From positions 32,001-96,000 of IMG/VR virus record IMGVR_UViG_3300033463_000025: a DNA stretch of 64,000 nt. One strand, given 5' to 3'. The first letter of the stretch is position 1. Each line of letters opens with the position of its first letter. The position numbers were made by a program, and so were the translations under genes. Shown piece by piece: positions 9,999 through 21,242 of the stretch. A model generated the notes under the pieces. The model made no database searches and was not told the DNA's origin. It was given only the letters and a program-made list of their open reading frames with translations. Origin of the DNA: a virus (lineage: Duplodnaviria; Caudoviricetes).

Positions 9999-10397
9999 TC
10001 AGCATTTTTCAGTAGGAAAAATAGCCGTATTACAATGACGAAGGATATTTCGATAGACTTTATGCTCAACCTTATCGTCCAAAACAAGAGCGTTCCATCT
10101 ACGACCCCTTGTATTATCAGACGGTATAAGCACATCTATTCGACTTCCGTTCTTAAACGTAATCGCTTTCGTCGGCTGTGATAATGATAAATACTCAAGC
10201 AGAACGCAATCAACAAAATCCGTCAAAACATCAACAGCCTTATCAAGCGTATCACTATCAGCTACGGCAATTCCTATTTTCAACTTCGGATATAACTCGC
10301 ATATCTCAACAGCATATCTTAAAGCTGGTCGAGATAAAGGCAGTACAACATTGTTCATTAATATCACCCGCCATTCTCTCTTACAAGATAGTCCCAT
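9999..10397 (-). CDS. terminase-ATPase-fragment-like protein (paralog of 8926-9405)
   Basis: FKNGSRI...RGRRWNALVLDD. Confidence 0.45.
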   Translation of the reverse strand: MGLSCKREWRVILMNNVVLPLSRPALRYAVEICELYPKLKIGIAVADSDTLDKAVDVLTDFVDCVLLEYLSLSQPTKAITFKNGSRIDVLIPSDNTRGRRWNALVLDDKVEHKVYRNILRHCNTAIFPTEKC

Positions 10398-10711
10398 AAA
10401 TCTTTTGTAGTCTGAAGTTTAATGTCAACCCCATCGTCAACATAATCCCCTGGCTCCCAACGCTCGCCAAACTCAAGTTCCCAAACGAAATACGGTATTA
10501 CATCTGAATCGCAACCCATTATCTTTTCAAGAAGACCAATAACATCGTCATCAAGTGACGGGAACATAAATTCAATATCGGTATGTAATTCCTTATTCCA
10601 TTTTCGGATTAAGTCACTTAGGCTTCGCTCAAAATCTGCAACCTTCTTTACTCGTCCAATATACTTTTCAAATTCATCATACGTTATACTTATTTGTCTT
10701 TCCATTCGCAA
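10364..10711 (-). CDS. hypothetical protein
   Basis: IPYFVWELEFG...DLWDYL; RBS AGAGGT. Confidence 0.6.
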   Translation of the reverse strand: MRMERQISITYDEFEKYIGRVKKVADFERSLSDLIRKWNKELHTDIEFMFPSLDDDVIGLLEKIMGCDSDVIPYFVWELEFGERWEPGDYVDDGVDIKLQTTKDLWDYLVRENGG

Positions 10712-10744
10712 CCTCTTTTGTTTGTATGTCAGTAAATTTTAATT

Positions 10745-13700
10745 TTACTTGACAAATTCATATTTTGTCAGCCATAGTTCTTTCGTGCCTGGGATGGGCA
10801 AGAATGAGCCGTCAGGCTGTTTTTCTTTTTTCGGCTCATACTTTTGATTAAGTACGCGAATAATATCGCCTTTTTTGATTTGCTTATTTTTATATGTTGT
10901 CTTTCGTATTTTGCAGTAAAACTCAATACCCGTTTTAACAGCATATACCTGTAACCTCGGAGAATACTTTGTGCTTATAGCCAACACAACAAGTACCTTA
11001 CTTGCCTTTGGGTCAACTACGTCTACATAACCTAAATACTTTGATTGACTTTTTATCTTATCGCTTAAAGTCCTCGGTTCTACAATAAGGTGACTTTCCA
11101 TATAAAGCAGGAATCCATATGTATCAACTTTAGTAAAAGTCTTGTCCGTTACGTTTTGTGAAAACTCTGCGAGAATATTATAGTCAAGATTATATTTGTC
11201 AGCTTTAACTTTTGATACAGATACCTTACCGTACAGCTCATCAAATAACAGCTTGACTTTCGCAAGGAAATTAGCATCTCCAAACTCGTCAAAGAAATCC
11301 AAAGCAATCAGAGTATCAAGCTGGCTACTTGTTAAGGAAGTTTTATTTTTCAAATCAATCATTAAGTCAATAAATGATTTGTACCTATTATCTCTTAACG
11401 CATACATTTCTTCAGCAACAGCGGCGTTTAATCCATTAATTGAAGCTATGCCCTTTTGTATGGTATGAGTTTCCTTATCAAATCCGTAGTTGGCTCTTGA
11501 CTCTCTAAAGCGAATAGGTGTAATCCTAATCCCGTGTTTTCTTGCATATTCTGTGATAGCAAGCGACTTTTCTTTCTTGTCGATAAAGATATTAAAAGCT
11601 GTTGAAATAAATTCAAGCGGATAATAATATCTTAAATAACCACAGATATAGCCAACCCAAGAATAAGGGTCTGAGTGGTTTTGTGAAAACAGATAATCAC
11701 TTGAGTCTTTAACAACCGCTATAAAGCCTTCAACAATCTTTTCGGCTTCTTCGGGCGGCGTTCCGTATCGCTCATTCATCACAGCGAGAAAACCTTTGAT
11801 ATGTCTTCCACCAGCTTGCAACGAACCGCCATACTTGATAATTGGTATATCTTGCTCTGTACCCGTTTTCTTTGCAAAATGTCTTCGGACAATATCAGCT
11901 TCGCCCATTGTGAAATCACAAAACTCGTGGAGAAATCCCATAACTTCTTCTTGATATATGCAGAAGCCAAGCGTCGGTTTAAGGTATTCATTGATAGCAT
12001 AATGACCGTTATCTTTGAATACACCTTTTGCTAAATCGTCACGGTATGAGCTTCCACCTGGTCTAATCGCACCATTACCCATAGAGAAAAGGTCAATATA
12101 TGAGAAATTCGGGTTTTGCTTTCTAATGTTCTCAACGGTACTATCACTGAATAACTGTTGTAAGTATGCTGTAGCTGATTGTGACTCCCATTGAAATATC
12201 ATCGTGGTATCTTCTCTAATGCTATTCCAAACAGCCACATCATCAGGTGTATTATCTGGCGTTAAAAAATCTATCCCAGCCGCTTCACAAGTCTTTGAAA
12301 TCATACCCATCGAGTCCAAGCCTAATATATCCAGCTTGACAAAATTTAAGCTGTCAATTTCTTTCATGTTTAATACGGAAACGGGGTATTCATCATTTGA
12401 TGTAGTGAACGTTCCAAACCAGTCATCAATCGGGAATGGTGATACTACACAGCCAGCAGGGTGATTACCGACTGATACTACAACACCTTGAGCAATCTCG
12501 ACATTCTTGAATATATAAGGATATTTTGCCTTGACGCTTTCGTAATCATTTTCTGCAAGTTTGATTAGCTCTTCTGAGAAAGCTAAATAATCATAAGGAA
12601 TTTCTTTGTGTTGGGCTGATTTTGTATATTCCTTTTTAAGCCATTCTTCAACGGCTTTAGGCATTTCTAAATCTTCGCCCTTGTGGTGCTTTTTGTATTC
12701 TTTACGGTCTTTTTCATACTGCTTTAGAGCTTCATCAAGTTTTGGCGGAAGAACCAACGACCGCAGATTAATTTGAAATAACCCTCTACATATATCCTTA
12801 ATTGCACCCTTTAATGCGATTGTGTTAAAGGTCACTATATCGCAACAATACAATCCTTCTTTTTCTTGCAGGTATTTTCTAATTACTTTTCTATCGGGGT
12901 CATACCAGTCTGTATCTATATCAGCAAGACTAATACGTTCACGCGACATAAATCTTTCAAAGTTAAGGTGAAACTTAACACTATCAATCTCGGTAATACC
13001 AAGCAGGTATGCAATCAATGAACCAGATACAGAGCCACGAGAATAGCCAAACTTAATACCACGCCTCCGCATTTCACTTTTGCAATCCTCATCAAGAAGC
13101 ATAAAGTCTACTGCATCATTGTGAACATAGGTATCATATTCGTAATGTATTCTATCTACATATTCTCTGTAATTAGGATATTTTTGAATACCGCGCCATT
13201 TAACGCCTTCGTTGATTTTCTGCTTGAATACCTCTTGAGCTTTATCGCCATACAGACGAGGATATTTAGCAGAACGGTCTAATTCAAATGTTTCAACACT
13301 ATCTGTCAGCCTGACTGTGTTCTCCATCGCTTCGGCTACAACGTCCATAGGTAAAGAGTTCTGACGCTTATATGTGTCATATAATTCTTGTGGCGTTTTG
13401 AAAACCAAATTCCATTCATCTTCGTCGTTGAAATGAACACCTTTTGCGGCTTGCAGAATAGCTCTACATTCCATATGGTCTTCGCTAATAGCGTGTGTAT
13501 CAGTACCAACAATAAGCGGAATACCTGTTGCTTTATGAATTTCATAAAGCATTTTATTATAATCAATCTGTTCTTTGGACAGATGATGCTGAATTTCTAA
13601 GTAACAGCGATGCTTATTATTCCTCAAGAAGTTTAGAAATCTCTCAGCAACTTTGGCATCGCCTTTATGTAAAACCCCACCAAGACAGGCGGTAGTGACT

Positions 13701-14314
13701 AAAATATTGTCGGAAGTTTTGAAAAGCTCATCGAATGTAATTCGAGGACTGCTATAAAAATGACAGTCATCTTCACGATTAAAAGAAGCAGACGTGAGCT
13801 TATTTAACTCTTTTACGCCATCATAATTCTTTGAAATTAAAACACAATGGTAATTATCCCTTGTCTTTATATGCTCTGTTTTGATAGAATCAATATCTAT
13901 CCAAACGGTTTTTGTGATTTCGGGATTATCTGGGTCAGCAACGTCAGCTATCCACTTGCCATCATCGGATTGCCGTGGCTCTCCCAAAAGTGTAACTCTA
14001 ACAGCCTTTTTCTTTTTGTTTGGCGTAAGATTTATTAATTCGGCAGTAAAGTAAGAATTGTTTTCGCCGTTATCCTCGGTCAAATACGCCTCAATAGCGT
14101 GGATATATTTCATACCAGCGGCTTCAACGGCTTCTTTTTTATGTACCCATTCAAAAATATTGCCGTGTTCGGAAAAGGCTAAAGCTGTCATTCCGCACTC
14201 TTTTGCCGCTTTAACATACGTTTTAAATGGAGTAACACTGTCAATATTGATAGTGCCATTAGACAACATACTATGCAAATGATATATATTGTATCTTAGT
14301 CTGCTGTCTTGCAT
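10745..14314 (-). CDS. dnaE: DNA polymerase III alpha subunit
   Basis: PHP domain (HLHS, SEHG, TDTH), SRGSVSGS, LNFERF, DIDTD, HPAG, KLDILGL, YQE. Confidence 0.97.
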   Translation of the reverse strand: MQDSRLRYNIYHLHSMLSNGTINIDSVTPFKTYVKAAKECGMTALAFSEHGNIFEWVHKKEAVEAAGMKYIHAIEAYLTEDNGENNSYFTAELINLTPNKKKKAVRVTLLGEPRQSDDGKWIADVADPDNPEITKTVWIDIDSIKTEHIKTRDNYHCVLISKNYDGVKELNKLTSASFNREDDCHFYSSPRITFDELFKTSDNILVTTACLGGVLHKGDAKVAERFLNFLRNNKHRCYLEIQHHLSKEQIDYNKMLYEIHKATGIPLIVGTDTHAISEDHMECRAILQAAKGVHFNDEDEWNLVFKTPQELYDTYKRQNSLPMDVVAEAMENTVRLTDSVETFELDRSAKYPRLYGDKAQEVFKQKINEGVKWRGIQKYPNYREYVDRIHYEYDTYVHNDAVDFMLLDEDCKSEMRRRGIKFGYSRGSVSGSLIAYLLGITEIDSVKFHLNFERFMSRERISLADIDTDWYDPDRKVIRKYLQEKEGLYCCDIVTFNTIALKGAIKDICRGLFQINLRSLVLPPKLDEALKQYEKDRKEYKKHHKGEDLEMPKAVEEWLKKEYTKSAQHKEIPYDYLAFSEELIKLAENDYESVKAKYPYIFKNVEIAQGVVVSVGNHPAGCVVSPFPIDDWFGTFTTSNDEYPVSVLNMKEIDSLNFVKLDILGLDSMGMISKTCEAAGIDFLTPDNTPDDVAVWNSIREDTTMIFQWESQSATAYLQQLFSDSTVENIRKQNPNFSYIDLFSMGNGAIRPGGSSYRDDLAKGVFKDNGHYAINEYLKPTLGFCIYQEEVMGFLHEFCDFTMGEADIVRRHFAKKTGTEQDIPIIKYGGSLQAGGRHIKGFLAVMNERYGTPPEEAEKIVEGFIAVVKDSSDYLFSQNHSDPYSWVGYICGYLRYYYPLEFISTAFNIFIDKKEKSLAITEYARKHGIRITPIRFRESRANYGFDKETHTIQKGIASINGLNAAVAEEMYALRDNRYKSFIDLMIDLKNKTSLTSSQLDTLIALDFFDEFGDANFLAKVKLLFDELYGKVSVSKVKADKYNLDYNILAEFSQNVTDKTFTKVDTYGFLLYMESHLIVEPRTLSDKIKSQSKYLGYVDVVDPKASKVLVVLAISTKYSPRLQVYAVKTGIEFYCKIRKTTYKNKQIKKGDIIRVLNQKYEPKKEKQPDGSFLPIPGTKELWLTKYEFVK

Positions 14315-15120
14315 ACCTTACTCCAATCTTCAACCTCTTGTTTGTATTCACACGAGCCACGATAATCACATAGCTCGTTGCAATAAAAGTATTCTAAGTT
14401 TGCAGGAAATTCTTTCTCTTTGCCAATATTCCTGATAGTTGTTTTTGTGGCATCAAGTGTATCGTTATACTCATCCATAACAAACGGTATTGTAGTTAGC
14501 ACACCATCGTTTTTGTAATGATGCCAAACCAGCTCTTTTGGATATTCACCATATTCCTCAAATACAGCACGAGCATATAAATACATTTGCAATCTGTATT
14601 TATAAAAGTCTTTTGCCGATTGTGCTCGTACCTTACCCGATAAAGTAAAGAACGGTTTTGATGATTTGTGGTCTACAATCACTATCCGACCATCTGATTT
14701 ATCTCGCAACAACAAATCTATATAACCAATAAATTTGTGTCTGCCAACCTTGAAATGCACTTCTTTTTCAATGCCGATTATTTCATAATCATCAAGCCAT
14801 TCAAGATTCGTTTCAGCTAAATAGTTTGCACAGGCAAAATAGCTGTTATCCATGATAGTCTGTCTGGTAAAATAAATAACATTGTTATCAAATTCTGAAG
14901 CATAGTATTCTGACGCTTCAGCTAAAGTCATCTGTTTGGATAATATCTTTGCGAAAATACTATGTACAAACGAACCAAACTCGGCATAAAAGTTATCTTC
15001 TGGGAAATACAAATCATCATTAGCGACAACGTATTTAAGATAGAAAGAGTATGGGCATTGAATAAAAGTAGAAAGCCTTGAAAAAGACCACTGCATATTT
15101 TTAATCTCATCATATTTCAT
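14296..15120 (-). CDS. PD-(D/E)XK Cas4-like exonuclease
   Basis: SFSRL...CP, GYIDL, IVDHKS, QMYLY, C-terminal Cys cluster. Confidence 0.85.
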   Translation of the reverse strand: MKYDEIKNMQWSFSRLSTFIQCPYSFYLKYVVANDDLYFPEDNFYAEFGSFVHSIFAKILSKQMTLAEASEYYASEFDNNVIYFTRQTIMDNSYFACANYLAETNLEWLDDYEIIGIEKEVHFKVGRHKFIGYIDLLLRDKSDGRIVIVDHKSSKPFFTLSGKVRAQSAKDFYKYRLQMYLYARAVFEEYGEYPKELVWHHYKNDGVLTTIPFVMDEYNDTLDATKTTIRNIGKEKEFPANLEYFYCNELCDYRGSCEYKQEVEDWSKVCKTAD

Positions 15121-16154
15121 ACTACTTTCCTTCTATCCTCGTATAACTTAATCCATATATCTTTACCGCAATCAACTGGTGCATTTTTGTTCTTTTTCTT
15201 TTCACCGTTTATAATCTCAAACGGCTTGCCTAAAAGGTTATTTGTATCAATGATGGTATATAAATTTGTCATTCGACGCAGACGAGCCACATCGCGCTTT
15301 ACACTTGCTTCTTTATAATCAACATCTTTATCATAAGCCAATACTACACTCGCTTGCATTTTGATTAGCAATCGGATTTGTTCATCTGTTAATGTGTGCT
15401 TTTCTGCTGAAACACAATTTTTATATCCCCATTGAAAAGCCTTCATCACAGACTTTATTGACTCAAATACTATAACCTCGCCTTTTTCTTTGATGTACGG
15501 GTAGGTTCTCTCTAAAGATTGAAAGTAGTCAACAGTACCGACTGGATAATAGTTGATATACTTAGCAATCTTTATTCCGCTATTAAGTGGATATCTTGTT
15601 CTACCCTTAATGTTTATTAAACGTCCCCTTGCGTCATAAACGGGGTAAACAATCCTGTTCCCTTTTTCGTCTACCCGTACACCAAAGAAATCTAAAGTCT
15701 TTTGTTCTATACCTTCCTCAATCCATTCGGGAACAGGAGCATGGCTATATGTATCTAAAATACTTGGGTTTAATATCTCGTGGTTGGTATGTTCTTTTTG
15801 TTGATTATTCAACTTGCGGACACTACGGAGAAACGAGATTGTTTCTGAATGACATAAACTTGCAGGATTTATATGAGCTAATTTAGAGCCTTTATCAACA
15901 GCCTGCTCAAATGACAATCCTTCATAGTCCATTAACCATTTGACTATGCCACCGCCACGACCACAACCAAAACAAAAGTATTTATTTGTTTCTGGTGTAA
16001 TAGAAAGCGACGGAGTGTTATCCGTATGCTTAGGACAACGTGCGAAATACTCTCCCCTACCGCGCTGTTCAAATTCAAAGCTCTGACTTGCATATTCTAA
16101 AAGATTGACGGTATTGTTGATATACTCCAAAAGTTCTTCACTTGGGTTATACAT
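15117..16154 (-). CDS. dnaG: DNA primase (CHC2 zinc finger + TOPRIM)
   Basis: CPKHTDNTPS...CFGC, VFE, YDKD. Confidence 0.9.
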   Translation of the reverse strand: MYNPSEELLEYINNTVNLLEYASQSFEFEQRGRGEYFARCPKHTDNTPSLSITPETNKYFCFGCGRGGGIVKWLMDYEGLSFEQAVDKGSKLAHINPASLCHSETISFLRSVRKLNNQQKEHTNHEILNPSILDTYSHAPVPEWIEEGIEQKTLDFFGVRVDEKGNRIVYPVYDARGRLINIKGRTRYPLNSGIKIAKYINYYPVGTVDYFQSLERTYPYIKEKGEVIVFESIKSVMKAFQWGYKNCVSAEKHTLTDEQIRLLIKMQASVVLAYDKDVDYKEASVKRDVARLRRMTNLYTIIDTNNLLGKPFEIINGEKKKNKNAPVDCGKDIWIKLYEDRRKVV

Positions 16155-16172
16155 TTAACAATACCGCCTCCT

Positions 16173-17519
16173 TTAAAAGTCTTCGTCCATTTTGTGTTGC
16201 ACAGCTTCGGTAATAGTGGTAGTTTCACCATCAAGGAAAAAGTCTAAATACTCATCTTCCTCATACATTCTTGCACCGATACGATTGATAATAACCTTAG
16301 CGTATGTGTTACCACATTCTGCTCCATCGTGGATTTGTAATGATTGAGGTTTATGACCCCATTTAATTGCAACAGATAATCTCTGTTCAATTTTGTAGCT
16401 GTCGGCAATATCGCCGCCTCGATTGAGCTGTGCCGCCGCAAGTACAGGTATTTTCAACTTACCAGCGACCTCGTTCTTTAAGAAGTCGCACTGTGCTCCG
16501 AGGATATTGTAGTTATTACCAGTATCTTTATCATTACTCTTAAAGTAATCATAGACGAGGAAATTCATACCGACCTTGTTTTTTAGCATTTTTGACATCG
16601 CATAAACTTCTTCCATTGTGATGCCTGGGCGGTATTCGTGGTACAATGGCTGTTTCTTTAGCCAGTCCTTCCACTTTATAATCTCTTGCTCTTGTTCTTT
16701 GGTGTAAGTACCGTTCTCAATAATCTTGATTGGAATACCTGTTAAGTGACCTAACAAACGGGAGAAGAATAAATCATCGTCCATTTCAGTGTCGATAACT
16801 AATACTTTCATACCGTTTATCAACTTATGTACAGCTTCATTCATCAAGAAGATTGATTTACCCTCTTTGGTTTTTGCCACAACAACATAGAGCTGAGAAT
16901 GTCGATATGTAAAATAGGAATTTAAAATATCAAACTTGGACGGAATACCAAAAGTGCCATCACCGTTACGCTGACTTAAAAGGTTATCCCAAAGTGTATC
17001 AACCTTTGAGCCTATTGTGGTGACATCACCTTCAACCAAAAAGCTCTGCGTAAGGTGGTCTAATCCATCGTTGACTTCAGTATTTAACACACCCAAGTCT
17101 TTTGACGTATCATAGCAATCTACCTGCAATTTCTGAGCAAACTTAACCAAATCACGCCTAAAAGCCAATGCCTTGATGTTCTTAGCATACATCTTGTATT
17201 CTTCGATAGAGCCTCGTGCGGCAGTCTGATAAAGCTCAACACACTCTTGAATGTCTGGCAGATTATATTTCTCCATCGTCCGATGAACGCCAGCGTTAGA
17301 ATGTATCTTGTTTGAAATATTGTAAGTATCAAGCTGGTCTATACCGTCTTTTTCGACAAGCTCTTTAATTGCCCAATAGAAACAAGCGTTTTCTTCGTTG
17401 TAAAAATACTTTGGTAATAAGTCCTCGCTGTATGCTAAATATTCGGGATGTAACAATAAAGTACCTATAACACTACTTTCTGATTGAATGTCGGAAAGCG
17501 TTTCATTTCGTTTTGCCAA
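16173..17519 (-). CDS. dnaB: replicative helicase
   Basis: AKTKEGKS Walker A, IDTEM, YDY, AAQLNR. Confidence 0.9.
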   Translation of the reverse strand: MAKRNETLSDIQSESSVIGTLLLHPEYLAYSEDLLPKYFYNEENACFYWAIKELVEKDGIDQLDTYNISNKIHSNAGVHRTMEKYNLPDIQECVELYQTAARGSIEEYKMYAKNIKALAFRRDLVKFAQKLQVDCYDTSKDLGVLNTEVNDGLDHLTQSFLVEGDVTTIGSKVDTLWDNLLSQRNGDGTFGIPSKFDILNSYFTYRHSQLYVVVAKTKEGKSIFLMNEAVHKLINGMKVLVIDTEMDDDLFFSRLLGHLTGIPIKIIENGTYTKEQEQEIIKWKDWLKKQPLYHEYRPGITMEEVYAMSKMLKNKVGMNFLVYDYFKSNDKDTGNNYNILGAQCDFLKNEVAGKLKIPVLAAAQLNRGGDIADSYKIEQRLSVAIKWGHKPQSLQIHDGAECGNTYAKVIINRIGARMYEEDEYLDFFLDGETTTITEAVQHKMDEDF

Positions 17520-17530
17520 ATTGTCACCCC

Positions 17531-17968
17531 CTAATCATCGAATATAGAATTGAATCCTTTTGGCTTGCTGTCTGGTGCTGTAAACGAAGGCTCTATACTT
17601 TGTTGTTTACGCATCTTTGAAAAGTCAATTTTCACCTTTGGCTTTTTCTTAGACTTTTCTTTTTCATACGCTTGTTTGATAAATGGCTTATCAAGAAAGT
17701 ATTTGAACCCTGCGGGATAATGCAAACTAAGACGGTTATCAATACAATATCTCAAAACGAATAAGATATAATCTGTATTAAACCCTCTGCTTATAGCATC
17801 ATTAAAGGCAAATTTAAGAAAGCCATACTCAACAGATTTGTTTATGCTGGCAATCCATAACTGCCGAAATTCATCAAATTCTTTTTGATATAAATACGGT
17901 TTAGATTTTTTCTTCTTACTCACCGTTATTACCCTCAAGAATATGTGAGGCTTCTGTGTCAGCTTCAT
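17531..17968 (-). CDS. hypothetical protein in the replication module
   Basis: ORF immediately upstream of dnaB. Confidence 0.55.
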   Translation of the reverse strand: MKLTQKPHIFLRVITVSKKKKSKPYLYQKEFDEFRQLWIASINKSVEYGFLKFAFNDAISRGFNTDYILFVLRYCIDNRLSLHYPAGFKYFLDKPFIKQAYEKEKSKKKPKVKIDFSKMRKQQSIEPSFTAPDSKPKGFNSIFDD

Positions 17969-18509
17969 GCAAAGCTAATACAAGCGGATATTTTTCAATC
18001 GCCGCACTAAAGTCATTCCAATACTCTTTCGGCTCGGTATAACCCATATGCCAACGAATAGCGTACCGTTCTATAGGCTCAAGTTGCATAAACTGTTCAA
18101 TCATCATCACAGACTTTTCGCCGTGTCCGTATGGGAATTTATTGTCTATGGTGTAATACGGAACTTTAGTCCATACGTTATCAACCTTTGCATTACGATA
18201 ATCAATCTTATAAAAATACGTCTTGCAAATATCGTGAAGTAAGGCAACAATTATTAACGAACTTGTACTAATATCGGCTAATTCCGCTTTCCACATGGGA
18301 TTTTCTAACTTATCACATAAACAATTTAAAACATTCAAGCTGTGGATTAATAACCCACCCTCAAAGTTACCGTGATAACGTGTGCTTGCAGGAGCAGTAT
18401 AAAAGTCTGATTTACGAATAAACTCTAACAGTTCATCTTTGCCCTTGCGTTGGAATCGCTCAAACCAACCTTCAAACTCGTTAATCTTTTCTTGAATATT
18501 GATGTCCAT
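17916..18509 (-). CDS. HD-domain phosphohydrolase
   Basis: APASTRYH, HSLNV, LLHDICK, GHGEKS, IRWHMG, EAD. Confidence 0.9.
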   Translation of the reverse strand: MDINIQEKINEFEGWFERFQRKGKDELLEFIRKSDFYTAPASTRYHGNFEGGLLIHSLNVLNCLCDKLENPMWKAELADISTSSLIIVALLHDICKTYFYKIDYRNAKVDNVWTKVPYYTIDNKFPYGHGEKSVMMIEQFMQLEPIERYAIRWHMGYTEPKEYWNDFSAAIEKYPLVLALHEADTEASHILEGNNGE

Positions 18510-18518
18510 AATTGCTCC

Positions 18519-19046
18519 TTATTTATTCTCGGAAAGTTCAAAATCCCATATGGTAATAGAGGTTTTGACAGCCTGTTTTGATATAAACTTCTTTAACTTT
18601 TGCTGGTCACTTTCTGACATCAGCCCATCCTTTAAAAAGGCATAAATCTTTTGTCTGTCCTCGTCGGAAATATTTAAGCCTTTGATGAAGCTGGCAAATT
18701 CAGCTCTTGATTTGTGACTCGGAGCTAAACTGTCAACCCACTTTTCGCTTTTCTGTCTGCGTTCATTATCACAGTAAGTTGAAATATCGGGAGAAGAAGT
18801 AATCTTAATACTGCGGTACTTTCGATTTTGTCTATCTACTTCTGTCGGTAAACCAAGAGCTAATGCTTTTTCTCTTGCTTTATTTGCAAAAGTCACATAA
18901 CCGCTGTAAGCAATTTCGTAATTCTTTTCGCCTGTCTTACTATCGCTAACACGCTTATTAACACTTATTTGTCCGTAGCATTGTGTGTGGTTGGCGTTTT
19001 CTTGTACCGCCCAAACCTTAGCATAACAACCTTCTCTTAATCCCAT
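18519..19046 (-). CDS. putative phage ssDNA-binding protein
   Basis: YAKVW...YSGYVTF...IWDFE pattern and position next to Sak; weak inference. Confidence 0.4.
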   Translation of the reverse strand: MGLREGCYAKVWAVQENANHTQCYGQISVNKRVSDSKTGEKNYEIAYSGYVTFANKAREKALALGLPTEVDRQNRKYRSIKITSSPDISTYCDNERRQKSEKWVDSLAPSHKSRAEFASFIKGLNISDEDRQKIYAFLKDGLMSESDQQKLKKFISKQAVKTSITIWDFELSENK

Positions 19047-19053
19047 ATCAAAC

Positions 19054-19758
19054 TCACTTTCGGATAGCTGTTAATTTCTTCTTTAATCCAGCAAGAATAT
19101 CTATATCTTCAATATTCTTGTAATTGCCTGTAATATCTGACTCTTCCCAATCGGGATGTGCCGCTTTTTCAGCTTCAACACAAGCAGATTTTACCTTAGC
19201 CTGTGCTTCAGCACCTAACGCCGCCCTTTGTTTGGCGAGCTGTGCAATCTCGGTTTGGAGCTTGAGCAAGTTCTTGATTTCTTCGGGAACGTCCTCACCC
19301 TCGTAGATATACATACCAAGACCGTGCATAGCACACGCTTTTACAAGACATCTCTTTTCGGCTTTGTTGGCATCCACAGAAGTAATGTTATCAGCTTTGA
19401 TTGATTCATTCTTATAATTCATAATGGCGAGGACTTCACGCATCTCCACGCCCTTAATGGTTACACCAACTTCAACCCAGCCAGTTTTACTATCGTCATG
19501 CCAAAATCGTGTGTTACCAAACTCGTCCATTATCTGTGGATAAATGGTATATGTAGCATCGGGATATACTTTCTTAATTTCGCTCCACGCTGAAGCCCAA
19601 GAAAGATATTTGAGCTTTCCCTTTTCTTTAATCTTGCCATCGAGATTAATCTTACTAAGAGTTGAAAAAATGCTTTCATCAATAACGACTACAACATCAT
19701 CAGTTGAATCAACTTTAGTATTTCCTTTACTAACAGCCATTCTATAACCTTCTTTCAT
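19054..19758 (-). CDS. Sak/Rad52-like single-strand annealing protein (DUF1071)
   Basis: YLSWASAW, RCLVKACAMHGLGMYIYEGED. Confidence 0.88.
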   Translation of the reverse strand: MKEGYRMAVSKGNTKVDSTDDVVVVIDESIFSTLSKINLDGKIKEKGKLKYLSWASAWSEIKKVYPDATYTIYPQIMDEFGNTRFWHDDSKTGWVEVGVTIKGVEMREVLAIMNYKNESIKADNITSVDANKAEKRCLVKACAMHGLGMYIYEGEDVPEEIKNLLKLQTEIAQLAKQRAALGAEAQAKVKSACVEAEKAAHPDWEESDITGNYKNIEDIDILAGLKKKLTAIRK

Positions 19759-19788
19759 TATTTTATTGAGTTATGTTATTAAATAAAG

Positions 19789-21219
19789 CTAAGAAGCAAC
19801 ACGACAAGCCTTCTCAAACATTCCTATAGCATCAGAATAAGCTACAGACGCATTACCAATTTGGCTAAATGCCTCTGATACTTCCTGAAGCGACATAGAC
19901 AACATTTGAAAAGGCTGTGTAATCCGCATCATCGTGATAAACGGAGGTGTATTACCATCACGACAACTGGTATATACTGCTTTATATGTATCGCCGTTTG
20001 AACTAATAACTTCGTCTAACTGCTTCTGTTGAGCTTTGTTAAAGTGGTTTTCATAAATCAGCTTATATCTATATGTATATTCACTCTTAGATAATTGCAT
20101 ATTAAGTCCTCCAATTCGTTTGTCTCAACAGTTATATTATAGCGTATTTTATAACATATGTCAATAGTTATTTTTAATTATTTTATAACTTTTTTATATG
20201 ATTCGCCTTTTAATCAGAAACGACCTCCATTATTACACTAATAGTTAGCATAATAAGAAACGCCACAATAACAAGTCCTGCTGAAATCCAAATTGGTGAT
20301 ATAATCCAATACCATTCCCATTTGACAATATCAACAATTCGCATTATCAAAAACATAAAACTCATGGCTACAGGAACAGTACACAGACCGCCGCAACCAC
20401 AACCGTCATTATTATCGTACATGGCTATTCTCCTTAGTATCTAACACGCCTACCACAAGTAGGACAATAATTCATTACTTTTTCTTTTCCTCTGTTTGTA
20501 TAGCACACATAATCTCTTGGTACTTGTTCGTCGCAATCTTCACAACCTTTGTGTTTGTCTGCAAACGACAACCTCAACTCATCGCTATCGTGAGATATAA
20601 TCTCATCAGCAATTCTCTTTCTGTTTTGATTGCAATATAAATTCACGAGTCTTAATGATAAATCGGCAGTATCTTTATCAACCAATAGATTAGCTTTTAT
20701 ATCGACCTTAAATTCTGACATACTATCCTCCCAACTACCAGCCAATACCATAACCCATAGTTAGTTTTGGCTCTACTGTAATTACATCATCATCTAAAAA
20801 AGACGTTTTTCTTTTGATTTGTCTTTCTTGTCTTTTACATACTTTATCGCAAGGTTTATCATAATAAGTACACAAGCCACACGGAGCATAATACTTACAT
20901 TGGTCTTTTATAAACACTAACAACACTTCCTTTTACAATGTCGTCCGAGAAAATCTTTTAAGAATATATCGTGGATTCCGTGAGAGATTAGAATATCCTC
21001 AAACATCGGCATATCACCTTTATCAGAATTGACAATATCCATCATTATAATCATCATCTTTTCTGTAGCCACAAATATATTCGGTAAAATCTCTTCCCCA
21101 TCGAACGCTAATTCAATTTCATCATTATTAGTAGTAACAAACAGATAAGCATTTTCAGAATTATTTTTGGCTTGATTCTTGATAATATCAACCCAAGCCT
21201 TATTTAATGTGTGTAACAT
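19789..21219 (-). other. five small hypothetical genes (19789-20100, 20210-20422 membrane, 20434-20751 Zn finger, 20735-20926, 20917-21219)
   Basis: tightly packed minus-strand ORFs. Confidence 0.55.
20136..20164 (-). promoter_or_regulatory. consensus sigmaA promoter driving the replication operon
   Basis: TTGACA-N17-TATAAT; the 17-bp motif overlaps the -35. Confidence 0.85.
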
Positions 21220-21242
21220 ATTAATACTCCAAATTCAATTTA

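Noticed and set aside
10745-14314. Insertions in DnaE as possible inteins or introns
   Set aside because: The frame is continuous, with no intein terminal HN-C/S/T or LAGLIDADG motifs seen.
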